Of a stretch of 64,000 nucleotides of DNA, positions 1 to 10,913 are shown piece by piece. Source of the DNA: an uncultured Campylobacter sp. (GTDB lineage: Bacteria > Campylobacterota > Campylobacteria > Campylobacterales > Campylobacteraceae); contig CAURZM010000007.1 in NCBI GenBank assembly GCA_963529625.1, positions 25,715-89,714 on the forward strand, in the 5' to 3' direction. The notes below the pieces were generated by a model. It saw only the letters and a program-made list of their open reading frames with translations. It did not search any database and had not been told where the DNA came from. The translations under genes and the position numbers were made by a program. Numbering within the stretch: position 1 is the first letter of the stretch; each line of letters opens with the position of its first letter.

Positions 1-1002
1 CGAAGGCGAGATTTCTACCTTGCGCCCTGCGACGCCAAAAAGCGGAATGCTCTCATCAAAATCCGAAAGTGCGCGGCGCGAGCGGATCCACACATCGGGC
101 GCGCGCAGCTTTAGATTTCGCGGCGCGGTACACGACGTGTTTATCAGCTTGTCGGTACTGTTTGTTAAAGTACCAATTTCGCCGAGTTTAGCGACGCGAG
201 TATCTAGCAATGGCTTATCGACGCTGCCCACCAAAGCGCTAATTTCGTCAAATTTAGCCGCACGCACGTCCAGCGTCGGTCTGTCGGCGCGCACGGTCTG
301 CCCGCCCACGCCTACGTAATCGCATACGCCACGCAGCTCGTGCACGAACGCGCGCTGCTTCTCACTGCCGATCCGCCCATGCACCGCGCCGTTTAGCGTG
401 GCGTTGATTTTGATGAAACAAAAACCGCTCGCGCGCGCCAGATAAAACGGCTCCGCAAGCTCCGCCGCCGCGGCATGGCAAACGTCAAATTTCACCTCTA
501 TGCCCCCGCGGCGTAAAATTTCCGCGCCTCCCGCGGCCTGCGCGTTCGTATCGCGCGCGCCGATTACCACGCGCGATAGCCCGAGCTCCGCCAAAAGCTC
601 GGCGCAAGACGGCGTCCTGCCGCGGTGCGCGCAGGGCTCGAGCGTGACGTAGGCGCAAGCGCCGCGCAAAAGCCCGCCGTGGCGGTTTAAGATGAAATCA
701 TAAGTAAAGCTCGGCTGCAAGAGTGCGCTTTTTAGAGCCTCTAAGTTTTGAAATTTTACGCCGAATTTGCGGGCGTATTCGCGAGCGAAATCCTGCGCGA
801 AATGTGCGTCCAGATCGCACAGCGCGGCGAAAACGGCGTTTGCCTCGGAGTGCAAAAAGCCCGCCTTTTTGTGTGCGCCTATGCCAAGAACCCTGCCGCT
901 CTTATCCAGAAGCACGCAGCCCACGGCGGGGTTGGGTAGCGTCAGAGCTTGATAGCGCCACGCAGCCCGCAGCGCCAAATCCATGTAAAATTCGTCGTTC
1001 AT
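1..1002 (-). CDS. ribD: Riboflavin biosynthesis bifunctional deaminase/reductase RibD (3' end runs off the window)
   Basis: Not in the ORF track; translated by hand from ATG at 1002. It reads MNDEFYMDLALRAAWRYQALTLPNPAVGCV...HSEANA...YVTLEPCAHRGRTPSC (Zn deaminase motifs), followed by reductase motifs (VGVGGQTVRADRP). It lies downstream of rimP, as is usual in Campylobacter. Confidence 0.93.
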   Translation of the reverse strand, partial: MNDEFYMDLALRAAWRYQALTLPNPAVGCVLLDKSGRVLGIGAHKKAGFLHSEANAVFAALCDLDAHFAQDFAREYARKFGVKFQNLEALKSALLQPSFTYDFILNRHGGLLRGACAYVTLEPCAHRGRTPSCAELLAELGLSRVVIGARDTNAQAAGGAEILRRGGIEVKFDVCHAAAAELAEPFYLARASGFCFIKINATLNGAVHGRIGSEKQRAFVHELRGVCDYVGVGGQTVRADRPTLDVRAAKFDEISALVGSVDKPLLDTRVAKLGEIGTLTNSTDKLINTSCTAPRNLKLRAPDVWIRSRRALSDFDESIPLFGVAGRKVEISPS

Positions 1003-1493
1003 ACAAAATCCAAAAATTTAAATTGTCCCGCTCCGCCGCGATCTCTTAGCCGATTTTGCGGATAGTCAGCAACCTAGTCTGCCCGCAACGGATTACGCCT
1101 AGGATGCAATAAAGCCCGCCTACGCTCGCCCGTGCCGTACCGGTTCGCCGACTCACGTTCCAAATACATTTGCTGCTACAAGCCTCGCTTTTAAGCGCCA
1201 AATAAATTTATCGGAACTTGCAAGCCGCGCGCCGTATGCATAGGAGCAAAATTCCGCGCGGGAACAAAACTGAGAAATCTTACCACAGGTTTTAGAATTT
1301 TATCCTAAATCGTAAATTTTGCGGCGTCCTTTTCGCGCGCCAAAATTTTCGCCTATCGCGCAAACGAGCGTCTACCGATAGCGCGCAAACACGGATTTTG
1401 CGAAGTAAATTTTAATGGAGCGCTGGGGCAAAACCGCAATCGAGCGCGAATATGAAATTTCAAAAGGCGTGGCTTGATTTCAGCTCAAATTCA

Positions 1494-1508
1494 GGGGGGG
1501 GGTAGAAT
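1494..1508 (+). promoter_or_regulatory. G9 homopolymer immediately followed by a TAGAAT -10 box
   Basis: GGGGGGGGG at 1494-1502, then TAGAAT at 1503-1508. An AAAGGA RBS precedes the ATG at 1536. Confidence 0.6.
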
Positions 1509-1535
1509 TACACGAATTTTCTTCAAAGGATCAAA

Positions 1536-1790
1536 ATGTCTGAACAACCGACCGTTCAACCCCAATCAAACGTGCTTGGGATACTCTCCATAGTCTTCGC
1601 GATTTTAGGGATCTTTTTCCTAGGGATCGTTTTCGTTCCGCTTGCGTTTTTGTGCGCGATCGCTGCGACCTATCAAGCCGTCAAAAAGCAAGCCTCGCTC
1701 GTAATAGCGATATTAGCGTGGATTCTTACGATCGTGGGACTCATGACCTCGCCCGTGCTGCTAGCCACAATCGGCATCTCTGCTTCGTAG
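1536..1790 (+). CDS. Small multi-pass membrane protein (DUF4190-like)
   Basis: 84 aa with an RBS and 2-3 hydrophobic helices (GILSIVFAILGIFFLGIVFVPLAFLCAIAA). It is inserted antisense between rimP and ribD. Confidence 0.75.
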   Translation: MSEQPTVQPQSNVLGILSIVFAILGIFFLGIVFVPLAFLCAIAATYQAVKKQASLVIAILAWILTIVGLMTSPVLLATIGISAS

Positions 1791-2368
1791 CCGCAAATAT
1801 CCGCGCCGCTTGGCGGAATTTTAATTATCCGATGAACGGCGCGCAAACCTCCGCCCGCAGAGTTTTAAAGCGTAAATTTATGGGCGGAATTTTGTCTTAA
1901 AATTCTACAGATAAAATTTTAAGGCGAAATTTAGCGCAGGAATTTTGTATCAAAAATTTACGGGCGGAATTTCAGCGTGGAATTTTACCGCATCTAAAAC
2001 AGCGCGTAAATTTTAAAATTTAGCCGCTTTCGGGCGCGACGTGAAATTCTAAAGCAACGCGCAATCGTCACGCAAAACTTATCTTTTAGCGACGCAGCGT
2101 GAAATTTCAAAGCGCCGCTCGGTGGCGTAAAAAATTACTTTTTAGCGGCGCGATCTGAAATTTCAAAACAGGCGAGCGGCACTGGAATTTTAAAATTTTG
2201 CGCCGAGCGCCGCGAGCCGCGCATCGCTCGCGATAGAAGCGTCACTTAAAAGCGCGCGAGCAAGGCAAATGCAAATTAACTTCGTCGCTTTAGCTTGAAA
2301 TTTAAGTCTATGCTTCTCAAACACCATACCCTAAAGCCCTACATGCAAAATTTTAAAAATCTCTACCG

Positions 2369-2788
2369 CTACCACTGCACGTAGGTTCGCGCCTTTTTGA
2401 TCTCGTCAAGTCGCACGCTTACCTCGCCGCCGTCCGTGCGCAGTCTAAGCACGCCGCCTTCGCAGCCGAGCACCTCGCCGCTTAGCTTCTGCCCGTCCGT
2501 GCAGCTTAGGCGCACCAGCTCGCCCACGGAGTTTGCGAAATGCTGTGGCTTGCTTAGCTTGCGCTCAAGCCCGGGCGAGCCGACCTCCAGCGTCCACTCG
2601 CCCTCAAGCGGCGGCTCCACGTCGAAAATCGGCGAAAGTAGCCGCGATAGCCGCTCGCAGTCGTCCAGCCCCACGCCGCCCGCTTTCGTGATGCTGATGC
2701 GATAGATCGTTTTGCCGTTTTCGCTCACCGTCTCCACGTCGTAAAGCTGCACGCCGCACTCGCGCGCCAAAGCCTCTAAATCAACCAT
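2369..2788 (-). CDS. rimP: Ribosome maturation factor RimP
   Basis: LDDCERLSRLLSPIFDVE and LEVGSPGLERKL motifs; overlaps the end of rbfA. Confidence 0.95.
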   Translation of the reverse strand: MVDLEALARECGVQLYDVETVSENGKTIYRISITKAGGVGLDDCERLSRLLSPIFDVEPPLEGEWTLEVGSPGLERKLSKPQHFANSVGELVRLSCTDGQKLSGEVLGCEGGVLRLRTDGGEVSVRLDEIKKARTYVQW

Positions 2789-3146
2789 TTTTGCGCAGCT
2801 CCTCCTCTATTTTGTCAAAAAGATCGTCCATTTTGTTTTGATACTCCAAGCGATCGTCAAATTTGAAGTGAAATGCGGGGCAGCGGTACCAGCCCTCCGC
2901 CTCGGCGCAGAAGTTTTGCAAATATCTTGCCACGCGGCCGAGCTTTTCGAGCACGAATTCCCGCTCACGCTCGCTGGAGGCGTTTTTATCCAGATACACG
3001 AACGCGTCGTAGCGCCCGCGCTTGCACTCCACGTCGGTGACGCACAGCCCGCGCAAAAGCTCGTCCTCAAGGCTTGCGAGCGCTTCGGGGATGAGCTGCT
3101 TTAGCACGCTTTGCGTGCGCAGTCTTCTGAGTTCGGTCGGATTCAT
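2781..3146 (-). CDS. rbfA: 30S ribosome-binding factor RbfA
   Basis: LCVTDVECKRGRYDAFVYL and GWYRCPAFHFKFD; downstream of infB. Confidence 0.95.
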   Translation of the reverse strand: MNPTELRRLRTQSVLKQLIPEALASLEDELLRGLCVTDVECKRGRYDAFVYLDKNASSEREREFVLEKLGRVARYLQNFCAEAEGWYRCPAFHFKFDDRLEYQNKMDDLFDKIEEELRKNG

Positions 3147-3372
3147 CTTTACCTCGCTATCTTAAATCGCCGCAGATTGCGCGGCGATGGAATTTTATTT
3201 CGCGTCTTGCGATGACGGAATTTTATTGCTTTGTCGCAGCGGAGCGTCCGTCTTGCGGCGACATAGAATTTTATCTCGCGTCCATCTTATGGCGACGCGG
3301 AATTCTATTTCGCATCGGCGCGGCGGAATATCCGTCCTGCGGCGGCACGGTCTGCTTAAATTTGACGCGGCT

Positions 3373-3448
3373 TGCGATGCGCCGGAGCGTCCGTTTAAAT
3401 TCTGAGCGGCATGCGATGCGCCGGAACGTCCGTTTAAATTCTGAGCGG
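3373..3448. repeat. Two 37-bp direct repeats with 39-bp period in the infB-rbfA spacer
   Basis: TGCGATGCGCCGGA(G/A)CGTCCGTTTAAATTCTGAGCGG at 3373-3409 and 3412-3448, one mismatch. Confidence 0.85.
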
Positions 3449-4305
3449 TTTACTGCGCGCAGATATTGCAAGCGACGCCGTGCTCTTGAAATTTCGCTTT
3501 TAAATTTTAAAAAGCGAGCTCAGCTTTGAAATTTTGTTTTTAAATTCTAGTCCGCGCGCTTTTGCGCTTAAATTTTAAACGCAGATCGCACGAAAATTTC
3601 ATAGCTCGCATACAAAAGCTCGTCGCGTAATTGCGCCGCTACGCAGCAATATTTCCGCGCCAAGACGCGGTGCTATTCTGCGCCGTGCTCTGCTCGCCAC
3701 GGGCGCTATACCGCTACCGCGCTGCCATTTTGGCGGCGCAATAATACAGCGCGCGGCAGCACTCTCTTTGCGCTATGCTCGCTTACTGCGTCGCTATTTA
3801 CGATATCCGCTGCTGTCTTTTGGCAGCGCCGCAATGACACCGCACGCCGTTGCAACATCATTTTTAAATCGCACTGCCCGCTGCGTCGCCGTTTTGTCAC
3901 GCACTGCGCCGCTGTGGAATTTATCTTAAATTTTAAAAGCGCTTCGATGCTACGCGAAATCTAAATTTTGCCGCTTTAAAATTTCAACTTTGCGATTAAA
4001 TTTAAAATTTAAATCGCACGGAAAATCGGCTATCAGCAAACGGCGTAAATTTAAAATTTGATCGCAAAGTCGCGCCGCAGGAAAAATCTAAACATTAAAA
4101 TTTCAAAACTGACGCTACGCGACAAAGCCTCGCGCAGAAACCGACAAAATTTAAAGCCTTGCTCGCGCGCTCTACCATTAAATTTAAAAGGAGAAATTTC
4201 ACGCCCAAATTCTGCGAGCATAAAATTTCAAAGCGCGATCGAGGCTTAAAATTTAGCCGCAAGCCGTGCAAACGAAGCGAATGCTCACGCGGAATTCCGC
4301 GGGCA

Positions 4306-7014
4306 TTAGTCGATCGTAGCCTGCTCCTCTTTTCGCTTGTAGCTTTCGATAAAATCGCCCACGCGCATATCGTCGTAACCCTCGATGCCTACGCCGCACT
4401 CGAAGCCTTTGGCGACTTCCTTGGCGTCGTCTTTGAAGCGTTTGAGCGAGCTGACGTTGCCCTCGAAAACGATGACGCCCTCTCTGATGACGCGGATCTT
4501 CGCGCCGCGAGCGATAAGCCCGTCGGTAACCATGCAGCCAGCGATCTGCCCGATCTTAGGCACGTTGATAACCTGCCTGATCTCGGCTTGACCCAAGGCC
4601 TCCTCGCTGATGATCGGGCTCATAAGACCGCCCAAAAGCGCCTTGATATCGTCGATTAGATTGTAGATGACGTTGTAGGTCTTAATCTGCGCGCCGCGCT
4701 CCTTGGCAAGCTCTTTGATCTCACCCGTAGGACGGACGTTGAAGCCCAAGATCACGCAGTTTTCGCTGGCGCTTGCTAAGGCGATGTCGTTTTGCGTGAT
4801 ACCGCCGATGCCACTGTGGATGATATCGACCTTGACTTCGTCGTTGCGGAGCTTTTCAAGGCTCGCTTTGATAGCCTCCAGCGAGCCCGCAACGTCGGCC
4901 TTTACGATCACGGGTAGGCTTTTTAGCGAGCCTTCGGCGATCTTGGCGCTTAACTCGTCGATAGTGACCTTGGTCGATTTGCTAAGCTCTTTTTGGCGCT
5001 GATGCTCGTAAATTTTACTCGCGTACTCGCGCGCTTCCTTATCGCTTGAAACGCCGATCAACGTCTCGCCGGCGCCCGGAACCTCGCTAAGGCCTATGAT
5101 GACGCCGCATTCGCCCGGTAAAATTTGCTTTAGCGCCCTGCCTTTATCGTCGCTAAGTGCGCGCACCTTGCCGTACGCGATACCCGCTACGACGGTGTCT
5201 CCAACGCGTAGAGTGCCGTTTTGCACGATGACAGTGGCAACGGCACCGCGCCCTTTTTGAAGGGAGCTTTCGATGATGGTTGCCTTAGCTTGCTTGCTAG
5301 GATCTGCTTTGAGCTCCAAAAGATCGGCTTGCAAAAGCACGATCTCTAATAAATTTTCGATCCCGTCGCCCGTTTTTGCGGAGATCGGCACGAACTCATA
5401 GCTGCCGCCCCACTCGGTAGGCATGATGTCAAGCTCTGCAAGCCCAGTTTTTACGAGATCGGGATTAGCATTAGGCTTGTCCATTTTATTTATCGCGATG
5501 ATGATCGGCACGTTTGCCGCCTTAGCGTGCGCTATAGCCTCCTTAGTCTGAGGCTTGACGCCGTCGTCTGCGGCCACTACGATGATTACGATATCGGTAA
5601 CCTCGGCTCCGCGCGCTCTCATCGAAGTAAAGGCCTCGTGGCCCGGAGTGTCGATAAAGGTGATCTTCCTGCCGTTTTTCTCGACCATATACGCACCTAC
5701 GTGCTGCGTGATACCGCCCGCTTCGCTGCTTGCGACGCGAGAGTTTCGGATATAATCGAGCAGGCTCGTTTTGCCGTGATCGACGTGCCCCATGATGGTA
5801 ATGACAGGCGCTCTAGCGATTAAATTTTCTTCGCCTTCGCTGTCCTCGTAAGCCTTGATATAATCAAACTCCTGCGCCTCATCGATGATGTTTACTTCAA
5901 TGCCAAATTCGCTTGCTAAAATTTCTATCGCGTCCTCGTCTAAAAAGTCGTTTTTCGTCGTCATCATTCCAAGCGCAAATAGCTTGCCGATGATCTCGCT
6001 AGGCTGCTTTTTGATCTTATCGGCGAACTCATAGACGCGAATCTCTTTTGGGATATTTACAGAGCTTACGATTTCGCTACCCTGCTCGCGAGAGGCTTTT
6101 TTATGCTTTTTGCGACCGCCGCGACTTATGCCGCCCTCACTGCTAAAAATTTGATTCTGCGAGGCGCGGTAAATATTAGGTTGGTTTTTACTTTTGGTGC
6201 GGTTTTCGGTTTGGATCGGTTTGACGGTGAAATCGGGCATTACCACGACGTCTTCGTCCTCGATGACGATATCCGCCATCTCGTGATCAGGAATGATGTC
6301 GATTTTAAGGGCGTCCTCTTTTTTAGCGGCGGGAGCTTTTTTCTTTTCGATCTTTTTCTTTTTCAAATTTAGTTCAGCGTTTGAAAAGATCGCCTCTAGG
6401 CTTGCACTTATCTTTTCGCGCCTAGGCTCGGTTCTATCTTGTGCTGCCGGAGCTTGAACTTCCTTTTTCTTTTTGACGATGACTAAGCCGCGGCGCTTTT
6501 GCAAGCTCTCGCTAGCGATACTATCGCCGCTGTTTATCTGCACTGGCGCAGGCTTTGAGGCGGCGTTTTGCTTCTCCTCTTTCTCCTGCGGGGCGGAGGA
6601 AATTTCTTCTTTTTGATTTTGAGATTTTTCGGTTTTTGCCTCGGGCTCTTGCGTACGCGCTTTTTCTTTGCTAGGCTCTTTGGCGCTCTGCGCAGACTCT
6701 TTGAATTCAGAAGCTTTTAAGCTTTCCGCCTTTTTAGGGCTCTCTTTTTTAGCGGTTTTTTTAGTTTCGCTCTGTTTTTTAGCGGGCTTATTCTCGTCTT
6801 CTTGCGCTTTTTCGGAGCTTTTTTTCGCAGGCTTTGACTTTTTCCCCGGCAAAATTCCCGTCTGAATATAATCATAAATAGCGGCAGCTTCTTCCTCGCT
6901 TACTTTATTCGACGCGGTTTTTACCCTCTTAAAGCCCATCTCCTGCGCTTTTTCGATTATCTCTTTGCTTGCGTATCCAAGCTCGTCCGCGATATCTTTA
7001 ATCAGAACACCCAT
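4306..7014 (-). CDS. infB: Translation initiation factor IF-2
   Basis: [20 protein letters not shown] and NKMD GTPase motifs; typical IF2 C-terminus. Confidence 0.99.
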   Translation of the reverse strand: MGVLIKDIADELGYASKEIIEKAQEMGFKRVKTASNKVSEEEAAAIYDYIQTGILPGKKSKPAKKSSEKAQEDENKPAKKQSETKKTAKKESPKKAESLKASEFKESAQSAKEPSKEKARTQEPEAKTEKSQNQKEEISSAPQEKEEKQNAASKPAPVQINSGDSIASESLQKRRGLVIVKKKKEVQAPAAQDRTEPRREKISASLEAIFSNAELNLKKKKIEKKKAPAAKKEDALKIDIIPDHEMADIVIEDEDVVVMPDFTVKPIQTENRTKSKNQPNIYRASQNQIFSSEGGISRGGRKKHKKASREQGSEIVSSVNIPKEIRVYEFADKIKKQPSEIIGKLFALGMMTTKNDFLDEDAIEILASEFGIEVNIIDEAQEFDYIKAYEDSEGEENLIARAPVITIMGHVDHGKTSLLDYIRNSRVASSEAGGITQHVGAYMVEKNGRKITFIDTPGHEAFTSMRARGAEVTDIVIIVVAADDGVKPQTKEAIAHAKAANVPIIIAINKMDKPNANPDLVKTGLAELDIMPTEWGGSYEFVPISAKTGDGIENLLEIVLLQADLLELKADPSKQAKATIIESSLQKGRGAVATVIVQNGTLRVGDTVVAGIAYGKVRALSDDKGRALKQILPGECGVIIGLSEVPGAGETLIGVSSDKEAREYASKIYEHQRQKELSKSTKVTIDELSAKIAEGSLKSLPVIVKADVAGSLEAIKASLEKLRNDEVKVDIIHSGIGGITQNDIALASASENCVILGFNVRPTGEIKELAKERGAQIKTYNVIYNLIDDIKALLGGLMSPIISEEALGQAEIRQVINVPKIGQIAGCMVTDGLIARGAKIRVIREGVIVFEGNVSSLKRFKDDAKEVAKGFECGVGIEGYDDMRVGDFIESYKRKEEQATID

Positions 7015-7225
7015 TTAAAACCCTCTCCTTGATATGTCCCAAATCTGCGCTAGACGCAAATTTAGATAGATATTTTGAAATTTTCTCTTTTTGATTTATG
7101 CAACCGTCGCAAATATAAAATTGTCTGTTTGAGCTTATATTTTTAAAATTTTGCAAAAAGGCGTGGAGCTCGCGCTTGGCGAAGCGCCCCCTGCAAATAA
7201 CGCACATCCTAATCGGTTCGCTCAT
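6998..7225 (-). CDS. DUF448/YlxR family RNA-binding protein
   Basis: [12 protein letters not shown]...FYICDGC; directly upstream of infB. Confidence 0.85.
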   Translation of the reverse strand: MSEPIRMCVICRGRFAKRELHAFLQNFKNISSNRQFYICDGCINQKEKISKYLSKFASSADLGHIKERVLNGCSD

Positions 7226-7246
7226 GCGATTATATCTTTATTTTTC

Positions 7247-8128
7247 TTAGTCAATATTAAAGCCGCCATTGTCGATCTCTAAAATTTCGACGCGGAAGTT
7301 TTTAAAATTTTCGCTAAGGCAGGCTTTAAGCTTTGCGGCGTCGGATCTGTAGACTAAATTTAAAAAGCTTGAGCCGCTTCCCGAGAGCGAGCTCATAAGC
7401 GCGCCGTTATCATAGGCGATCTCGCGCACCCCAAAAAGCTGCGGAAGCACGCCCATGCGCATCTGCTCGTGCATCTTATCGATACAGGCGTAGCGCAAGC
7501 TGTCGTAGTCGCGCCGCATAAAGCAAGCGGTTAGAAACGCCGCGTGCGAGAGGTTGCTAACGCAATCTTTGATCGAAAAGCTCTTAGGCAGCTTGCCGCG
7601 CGATTCGTTCGTAGGCATCGGCGTATCGGGAATAACGACGACGGCTTGCAGATCTTGCGAAATTTCGCATTTTTGCGTGCGAACCGTCTTGCCGTCCACG
7701 ACGCTGCTGACAAAGCCGCCAAGCGTCGCGGGTGCGATATTATCGGGGTGATTTTCATATTCCAGCGCCGTGTTTAAAATTTTAGCGCGATCAATCTCAA
7801 AGCCGCAAATTTTATAAGCGCTTGCAATAGCGCCTACGATCACGGCAGAGCTGCTGCCCAGCCCGCGCGAAAACGGTATGTTGTTGTGAAAGGCGAATTT
7901 AAAATTTAACTCTTGCCCGCCGCCTAGTTTTCTGTAAATTTCATTGAAAATATTCAAAAAAGCGTTGCCCTTCTTAAGCCACGCTCTGTCGCTACCCTCG
8001 CCGCTAAGCGATACGCAAAAAAACTTCTGCTCGGTAATCTCTACTTCGTTAAATAGCCCTAGGCTAAGGCCGAGCGCGTCGAAACCGGGGCCTAAATTTG
8101 CGCTCGTCGCAGGAATTCTTATAATCAA
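7247..8128 (-). CDS. thrB: Homoserine kinase
   Basis: PATSANLGPGFD, PFSRGLGSSSA, HPDNIAPA and SGSGS GHMP-kinase motifs. Confidence 0.97.
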   Translation of the reverse strand: MIIRIPATSANLGPGFDALGLSLGLFNEVEITEQKFFCVSLSGEGSDRAWLKKGNAFLNIFNEIYRKLGGGQELNFKFAFHNNIPFSRGLGSSSAVIVGAIASAYKICGFEIDRAKILNTALEYENHPDNIAPATLGGFVSSVVDGKTVRTQKCEISQDLQAVVVIPDTPMPTNESRGKLPKSFSIKDCVSNLSHAAFLTACFMRRDYDSLRYACIDKMHEQMRMGVLPQLFGVREIAYDNGALMSSLSGSGSSFLNLVYRSDAAKLKACLSENFKNFRVEILEIDNGGFNID

Positions 8129-8136
8129 ATTTTCTC

Positions 8137-8535
8137 CTAAACCGCTTCTATGATGTAATTTGGAAGTATATCATCGCTTTTATTTAAAACCGATAAATCC
8201 TGCGGCAAAGATAGCACGGCGGGGGCGCATTTTTTCATCCTCACTTCGCCGCGATCGTAAACGTAGCTGAAGTTTTTATTCGCCCTGATCGGCCCGAAGC
8301 CGCTTAGCTCAAAGCCGCTGATTGCGTATAGCGGCACATCAAGAGCGATGTTAAGCGTGCGCAATATCACGTAGCTTACCTTCATGCCCATAAAGCTGCC
8401 GGGAGTATTTGCGTAGATGAGCTCTTTGATTTTATAAGTTTTTAGAATTTCGCTAAATTTAGCGACCAGAAATTTATCGGCTTTTTCGCCCTCGGCACTT
8501 GAAAATTCCGCTATCTTAGCGCTGTTTTCATACAC
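8137..8535 (-). CDS. TsaB-like glycoprotease family protein (start uncertain)
   Basis: YANTPGSFMGMKVSY resembles the TsaB GPGSFTG motif; lpxC-glycoprotease-thrB order is typical of Campylobacter. Confidence 0.8.
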   Translation of the reverse strand: MYENSAKIAEFSSAEGEKADKFLVAKFSEILKTYKIKELIYANTPGSFMGMKVSYVILRTLNIALDVPLYAISGFELSGFGPIRANKNFSYVYDRGEVRMKKCAPAVLSLPQDLSVLNKSDDILPNYIIEAV

Positions 8536-8598
8536 GCCGATCAGGCACGGAGCGCTAAGAGCGGCAATTAAAATTTGAACTTCTTTGATTTTGCAGCC

Positions 8599-9483
8599 TT
8601 AAGCAAAGACTTTTTGATATTCGCGCACAACCTCGGCGGTAAGATCTACTAGCTCGAAATTTTTCGCATCGGCAAGGACTGCCAAAGTGAGCTTATGATT
8701 TAGATCGTGGCTTCCCGCAAACGCCGTATAATCGCCCAAAATCGGAGCGCCCACGAGCGCAAGATCGCCAATCGCGTCTAAAATTTTATGACGGACGAAC
8801 TCGTTTTCAAAGCGCAAACCCTCCGGGTTTAAAATTTTATTCTCATCGATTACGACGGCGTTTTCCAAGCTGCCGCCTAGAGCCAGCCCCATGGAGCGTA
8901 GTGCTTGCACATCTTTTAAAAATCCAAATGTGCGCGCCCGAGAAATTTCTTTAAGATAGGCTTTTTTACTAAATTCAAAAACATGGTGCTGAGTACCGAT
9001 GAGTGGATGGCTAAATTTAATAGTATAATCAAATTTCGGACTCTTGCTAGGACTTAGCCGTACGAGCTTATCGCCCTCACGAATCTCCACGGCACGCTTG
9101 ATAATGAGAGCTTTTTTATTAGCGTCGAGCTCTCTTACTCCCGCTTCATCCAAAAGCATACAAAAGCTCGCGGAGCTTCCGTCCATTACAGGAATTTCGT
9201 TAGCATCGACGATGATACGGATATTATCGATGCCATAGGCATTAATGGCGCTCATTAGGTGCTCTATTGTTGATATATAGCCCTTCTCGCTTCCTACGAC
9301 GGTCGCCATCTGCGTATTTATGACGTTTTTTGGCTCGGCTTTAAAACTAAAGCCAAGATCACTTCTATAAAATACGATTCCACTGCCTGCCTCTAAAGGC
9401 TCTAACGTAAGTCTGATAGGCTCACCTTTGTGCAGCCCGATGCCGACGTTATGGACTTTCTTAGCTATCGTTGTCTGTCTCAT
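8599..9483 (-). CDS. lpxC: UDP-3-O-acyl-GlcNAc deacetylase
   Basis: GIGLHKG, STIEHLMSA, ISRARTFGF and HKILDAIGDL motifs. Start placed at MRQTTI (9483), with a minus-strand TATAAT at 9512-9517. Confidence 0.97.
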   Translation of the reverse strand: MRQTTIAKKVHNVGIGLHKGEPIRLTLEPLEAGSGIVFYRSDLGFSFKAEPKNVINTQMATVVGSEKGYISTIEHLMSAINAYGIDNIRIIVDANEIPVMDGSSASFCMLLDEAGVRELDANKKALIIKRAVEIREGDKLVRLSPSKSPKFDYTIKFSHPLIGTQHHVFEFSKKAYLKEISRARTFGFLKDVQALRSMGLALGGSLENAVVIDENKILNPEGLRFENEFVRHKILDAIGDLALVGAPILGDYTAFAGSHDLNHKLTLAVLADAKNFELVDLTAEVVREYQKVFA

Positions 9484-9533
9484 TTCTATCCTCGTTTTCA
9501 TTAACCCGCGCATTATAGCGAAAATTTTAAAAT

Positions 9534-10913
9534 TTACTTACCTTTTTCTATTACTTTTTTGGACGATTCTAAGACGTCGGTAATGTTATCTTTCATCCAC
9601 TTAGGATCCATCCACTCCTCGGGTCTTACGTCCACGCCCTGAACTACGATGCCAAAATGCAGATGATCTCCGAAAGCAAAGCCGCTTGAGCCCGTCTGTG
9701 CTAGAATGTCGCCCGGCTTTACATCGCTGCCCACACTTAACTGCGTCGTCGAGCAGTGTCCGTAGATGCCGTATAATCCAAAGCCATAGTAAATTCCTAA
9801 ATTTAATCCGAAAATTCCATTTTCCTGCGCGAAAACCACTTTGCCGTAGTTGCTCTCTTTGATATCGGCATTTGCGACGCTTGCTAGATCAAGCCCCATA
9901 TGCCATGACTCACTTACCTGTTCGTCATTCATAAAAAATATCCGATGATCGGCAAAGCTCGCCACCGCTGCGCCTTTAGCAAGCGGATAAAAAGGCTTTA
10001 GCTCAAATCCATTTATTTTATCCTCGTGCACCGCGCTAGTAGCGGCGTGCAGGTCATCTCCGTTTTTCTTACGCAGAGTCTCGTTTACGAATTTAAATTT
10101 TTCCAGATCGCTCATCGAGTTAAAATTCTGCGCATATTGGCTAGCCAGATCACTTACCTTGCCGTTAATAAAACCTGGATTTAGCTTGATAGTAGAGACT
10201 TTATATTTTTTGTCCTGATAAAAATACTTGATCTGCGAAATGCTTTCGTTGCCTGCACGATCGGTGGCGACCGCTTCTGCGCGAAATTCCTCTAAATTTG
10301 CAGGCCACGCTACGAGAGATGCATAATAGCCCTCTTTTACGAAAGGAATCGCTTTAAAAATTTTGCCATAGTTGGTTTTGACATAGACTTCATTTAGGCG
10401 CTCGTCTTTAGCCGAAAATACAACCACGGCGCTACCGCCTTTGGTAATTTTATAGGATTGATTGATGATATTTATGATGGGCTTTTTGTCGTCTATTATT
10501 ATATTTGCCGTTTTTGCGCTCTTATTTCCTTGCGCAAAATTCCACGAACTAATGTCGTTTGCAAAAACCTCAAGCTTGTAGTTTTTATCTTTATTAAGCA
10601 TCAAATTTTTAGGAAATTGCACGGCAAGCTCTAGCGTAGTTTGCGGAACGTTCAGCTCCTCATTTAGTAGAGGTATCGTGCTGGCTCCGTCGTTTAAATT
10701 AACGCGAACGAGCTTAATGCCGGTATCGTCTGAAATTTTAATCTTCAAAGGCGAGGTTAAATTCCAATAAATTTCATTTTCCAGCGCAATTTGCGGAGGA
10801 TTTTTTTCAAATTTCGGCGAGGTGAAAATTCTAAAAATTCCATAAACCAAAGCGCATATTATAATAAGAAATATTAAAATTTTAAGCTTCGTTCCATTGC
10901 CATTTCTACGCAT
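9534..10913 (-). CDS. M23 family metallopeptidase, membrane-anchored
   Basis: N-terminal TM helix; HMGLD, YGH and GDHLHF LytM/M23 motifs. Confidence 0.92.
   Translation of the reverse strand: MRRNGNGTKLKILIFLIIICALVYGIFRIFTSPKFEKNPPQIALENEIYWNLTSPLKIKISDDTGIKLVRVNLNDGASTIPLLNEELNVPQTTLELAVQFPKNLMLNKDKNYKLEVFANDISSWNFAQGNKSAKTANIIIDDKKPIINIINQSYKITKGGSAVVVFSAKDERLNEVYVKTNYGKIFKAIPFVKEGYYASLVAWPANLEEFRAEAVATDRAGNESISQIKYFYQDKKYKVSTIKLNPGFINGKVSDLASQYAQNFNSMSDLEKFKFVNETLRKKNGDDLHAATSAVHEDKINGFELKPFYPLAKGAAVASFADHRIFFMNDEQVSESWHMGLDLASVANADIKESNYGKVVFAQENGIFGLNLGIYYGFGLYGIYGHCSTTQLSVGSDVKPGDILAQTGSSGFAFGDHLHFGIVVQGVDVRPEEWMDPKWMKDNITDVLESSKKVIEKGK

Noticed and set aside
20..1049. Plus-strand ORFs at the window start
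   Set aside because: They are antisense to ribD, which the ORF track missed because its stop lies outside the window.
3373..3448. 37-bp direct repeats as a CRISPR array
   Set aside because: Only two copies with a 2-bp gap, no spacers and no cas genes.
3187..4249. Short ORFs in the infB-rbfA spacer
   Set aside because: They are translations of repeats with no RBS or family motifs.
6400..6850. Lys/Glu-rich low-complexity region in infB
   Set aside because: Variable charged N-terminal linkers are normal for IF-2.
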